Assembly (NCBI RefSeq): GCF_004010195.1
Contig: NC_057727.1
Span: 38,343,944-38,407,943 of the forward strand
Length of the DNA stretch: 64,000 nt
Reading direction: 5' to 3'
Origin: Chiloscyllium plagiosum
Lineage: Eukaryota
Made by a program: the position numbers and the translations under genes. How positions within the stretch are numbered: position 1 is the stretch's first letter; each line of letters opens with the position of its first letter. A model generated the notes under the pieces. That model was given only the letters and a program-made list of their open reading frames with translations, was not told where the DNA came from and ran no database searches. Below, piece after piece: positions 61,121-64,000 of the stretch.

Positions 61121-62150
61121 TTGGGTACTTGAGGGGATATTTGAGAGTGTAGTTGGATGAAGCTGGTGGGTTGTCCAGTCATGTCAGTGTAGTAAAGTGT
61201 AGGGAGCCAAGTTGCGCTCTGAGGCTTAGTCGTGTGGGAAATGTCAGTTTGGGCCATCAGTTAGGTAGGGTCAGTGGGTAGTTGTGGAGTTGGGAGATAA
61301 TTTGGTCAGGGGTTAGTTAGGGGAGGGAGCAATCAGTTCAGGCAGCAGTCAGACAGTGTTCAGTCTGGAGTCAGGGAATTCAGAATTTTAGTTAAACATG
61401 GTTTTTATCTATCTAATTTTCCTGAGTAGCCACGCATATACATGAGTTAGAAACCTCAAAAGCCTTCAATTCTAACTCAAAGTTAGAGGATATTTGCTCA
61501 TGGGATTTGTTTGTAAACTCCCAGACAATTTCCACTGTCCATGCATTAAGACTACTATATGGTCTCAATGCACATCTTTGGGGGCATGCCCAGTCTCCAA
61601 CCATCAGGAGACCAGAAGATCTGGTCCCTTATTATCTATTTCCTAACAATATCTTTGAATTATTTAATAAGCATATCATTGCAATAAATAATTAGTATGC
61701 AGCTTTCACCGGGAGATCAACTGAAATGTATTGTTAAACGTATTGCATACAGCAGCTAGAGTAAAACAAGGGAATCAAGTTATTAAAACCTTTCATAAAT
61801 TGTAAAAAATCATTGTCCTTTTCTGTTGCTTGAAACATAATCCTATTACCTAAGGCACTTTAAAATCTTTATACTATTTTACCATTTTAAATAATTATTA
61901 CTGACATATGTATCGTGCTCCATATATGTTCCATTTGTTAATTTTTTTAAAATGGGTAAAATATTACATCTTAATTTGTTAGAAACGCTAACCTGTCAAT
62001 GATTCAAATAAAAAGAAGACAGACAAAGTTTTCCACATTTTCTTCAAAGTGTGCGGGATAGAGCAGCAAATGACTTTTGCTCATGAAGTTTGTAGTTTCT
62101 CTCCTATGAGGACGTATGTTTGATAGCTTTGTTTGGAATTCAAATCTTAC

Positions 62151-62213
62151 CTCGTCTCCAGGTGTCCAACACAAACATTGACTGGTTACACCTCCAAAAC
62201 CTTACAGTGACAT
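62151..62213 (-). other. Candidate 63-nt upstream exon (coding phase 1-1 or 5' UTR)
   Basis: Acceptor atttctgctttccacag, donor GAG|gtaaga; open in the frame that joins the exon at 60149; not a signal peptide. Confidence 0.35.
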
Positions 62214-64000
62214 CTGTGGAAAGCAGAAATTCAATCACGGACTTATAAAAGCTACCTTATTTGCGTTCAGCCTAAACGTAATTCAATCCATGTGTTAAGA
62301 AATATGATATTCCAAACCGCAGCATTTTCCATGCTTCCAACCATACTCCAATGTCTGATTTATACACCTCAAATCTGTTACAGCTTTTTCCCAAACTGCT
62401 TGAAGAGGAAACATGACAAGCTCAGAAAAGATCACATTTAAGAGGGGATTTTCTTAAAGCTATGGACACCAGTGTAATGAAATGCAACAGATTTCCTGAT
62501 TGACAATTGACATAGTAGTGCAGGAGGTGGTGGTGAGAGGTGGTTGGCTTCTATAGCCCTGCAAGAATAGGAAACATGATGAGTAGGGCCACTGAATGAG
62601 GGGGGAGCTGAAATGTGATCCTTCTGATGACAGGTTGAGAAGCAGAGATTCAGGCAACGTTGTGTTGTGGCATAAATCAGGCTTTATATTGTACTGTAGT
62701 GGATTCCCTCTTGTGTTTTTTTTATTATTGTAAAACCATTTTTAAAATTCAGTCCACCTTCAAGATCAGGTTAGTGGTGCACAAGGTTTTTGTGCACCTG
62801 TTTGACCAATGTTCAAAAGTAGCTCAATTTGAGCATACCTTGTCAGAAAAATTAGGCTGTATCATTCTTTAGAGGGTTACAGCCTTGACGTTTAGCAAAA
62901 TTAACACCTCTTCTGAAGAAGTATTTTCCTGCTTTGCCCTTCCATTGCTTCATTATGATGCTGTCGGGTCTAATGAAATACAGGTAAGGATAAAGAGTTG
63001 AAAAGTTTGAGTTGTTTTTCATCAGACAGGAACGTAAAGTTACAGGAGTAAGTCAGAAATGTGAAAATGTGAAAAAATTGAGGCAGATGGAAACAAATTG
63101 GTCCCTGTGGCAGAGTCCACGACAAGAGGCCATAGATTAAACAGACTTGATTTTCAGCTGAAGTAAGATTTGTCCAGCCATCCACAGGCCCATTGTGCTG
63201 AAAATGTATTCTTTATTTGCTTCGAATAGGAGAGATGTTGATTTGACTGAATTGACAACTTGAAAATTCTGAAGGGTTGATGAAGTACATGCAGTTAAAA
63301 TATTCACCTTTGTCATAGAGAAATAAAAACTGGCCAAGGCATTGCCCAAAGCAGAAATGGTTAGAAATTTTCAAGAAGTGCAATATGTCAGGAATTGGTT
63401 GGGTAAATCTAACTTATTTTTAAGAGAGGAATAAGAAAGACATTGGAACTTAAGTATAAAATGGCTGTATAGCTTTGAGATTTTGTAAAGGAAATTGCAC
63501 ACTTTTTAGAAAGCAAACAGTGTATTTAGGATGATGTATATTGATCTTCAAAGGAACAAAAAGGAAAAGTTAAGAGAAGTATTGACAAGTACTCTTGTCA
63601 GTGTACTGTAATGCAAACTAGTCTTGATTTTGAAGTGAAAAGAACTCACATCAACTCAGAACTATATATTGTAACTGTACAGTATTTTGATAAACACATT
63701 TGAATTCCACTTCATATGTCTGTCATGGTTTAAATAAAGTCAGCAAATCTGCTGTGAAAATGACTTCCTCAGAAGTTGATCACATAGTATCAGTCTCCAA
63801 TTGACTTGGCAAATTTTAAATGCATTCACTGTCCCAGAAGAGCTAATCTTCTGCTACAAGAACACCTCTGGCAAAAGGAAATTGCTTGACATCAATCATT
63901 CTTATCCCTGAGCAATTGCCCAGAAAAGCTCTCAACATTAGAGCAAAATCATATCCTTCAATTCCTCCACAATGATAACACATAAAGTAACATGTACATT

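Noticed and set aside
1-64000. Orientation bias of LINEs relative to the host gene
   Set aside because: CR1 and L1 copies occur in both orientations in comparable numbers.

Overview
This is AT-rich vertebrate genomic DNA, most likely from a shark or ray (HE1-type V-SINEs, CR1, L1 and Penelope repeats), with four N-gaps. The whole window lies inside one minus-strand gene for a CDHR3-like cadherin. I spliced 14 coding exons by hand (60149 down to 832). All have GT-AG ends and matching phases, giving about 748 aa: six cadherin repeats, a Thr-rich stalk, a transmembrane helix and the start of the tail. The signal-peptide exon and the remaining cytoplasmic exons were not found in the window. The introns are full of mobile elements, including a three-level nest (CR1 in L1 in an opposite-strand L1). 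The most unusual signal is a set of short hairpin-shaped (inverted-arm) insertions, each flanked by a target-site duplication (TSD). They carry minimal type I hammerhead ribozyme cores (CUGANGA-stem II-GAAA-palindromic ACGU/AGCU). One core is essentially intact at 49354-49388. The same motif sits downstream of a Penelope GIY-YIG remnant at about 45150-45640, which ties these elements to Penelope-like retroelements. All calls come from reading the sequence by eye; no database searches or folding programs were run.
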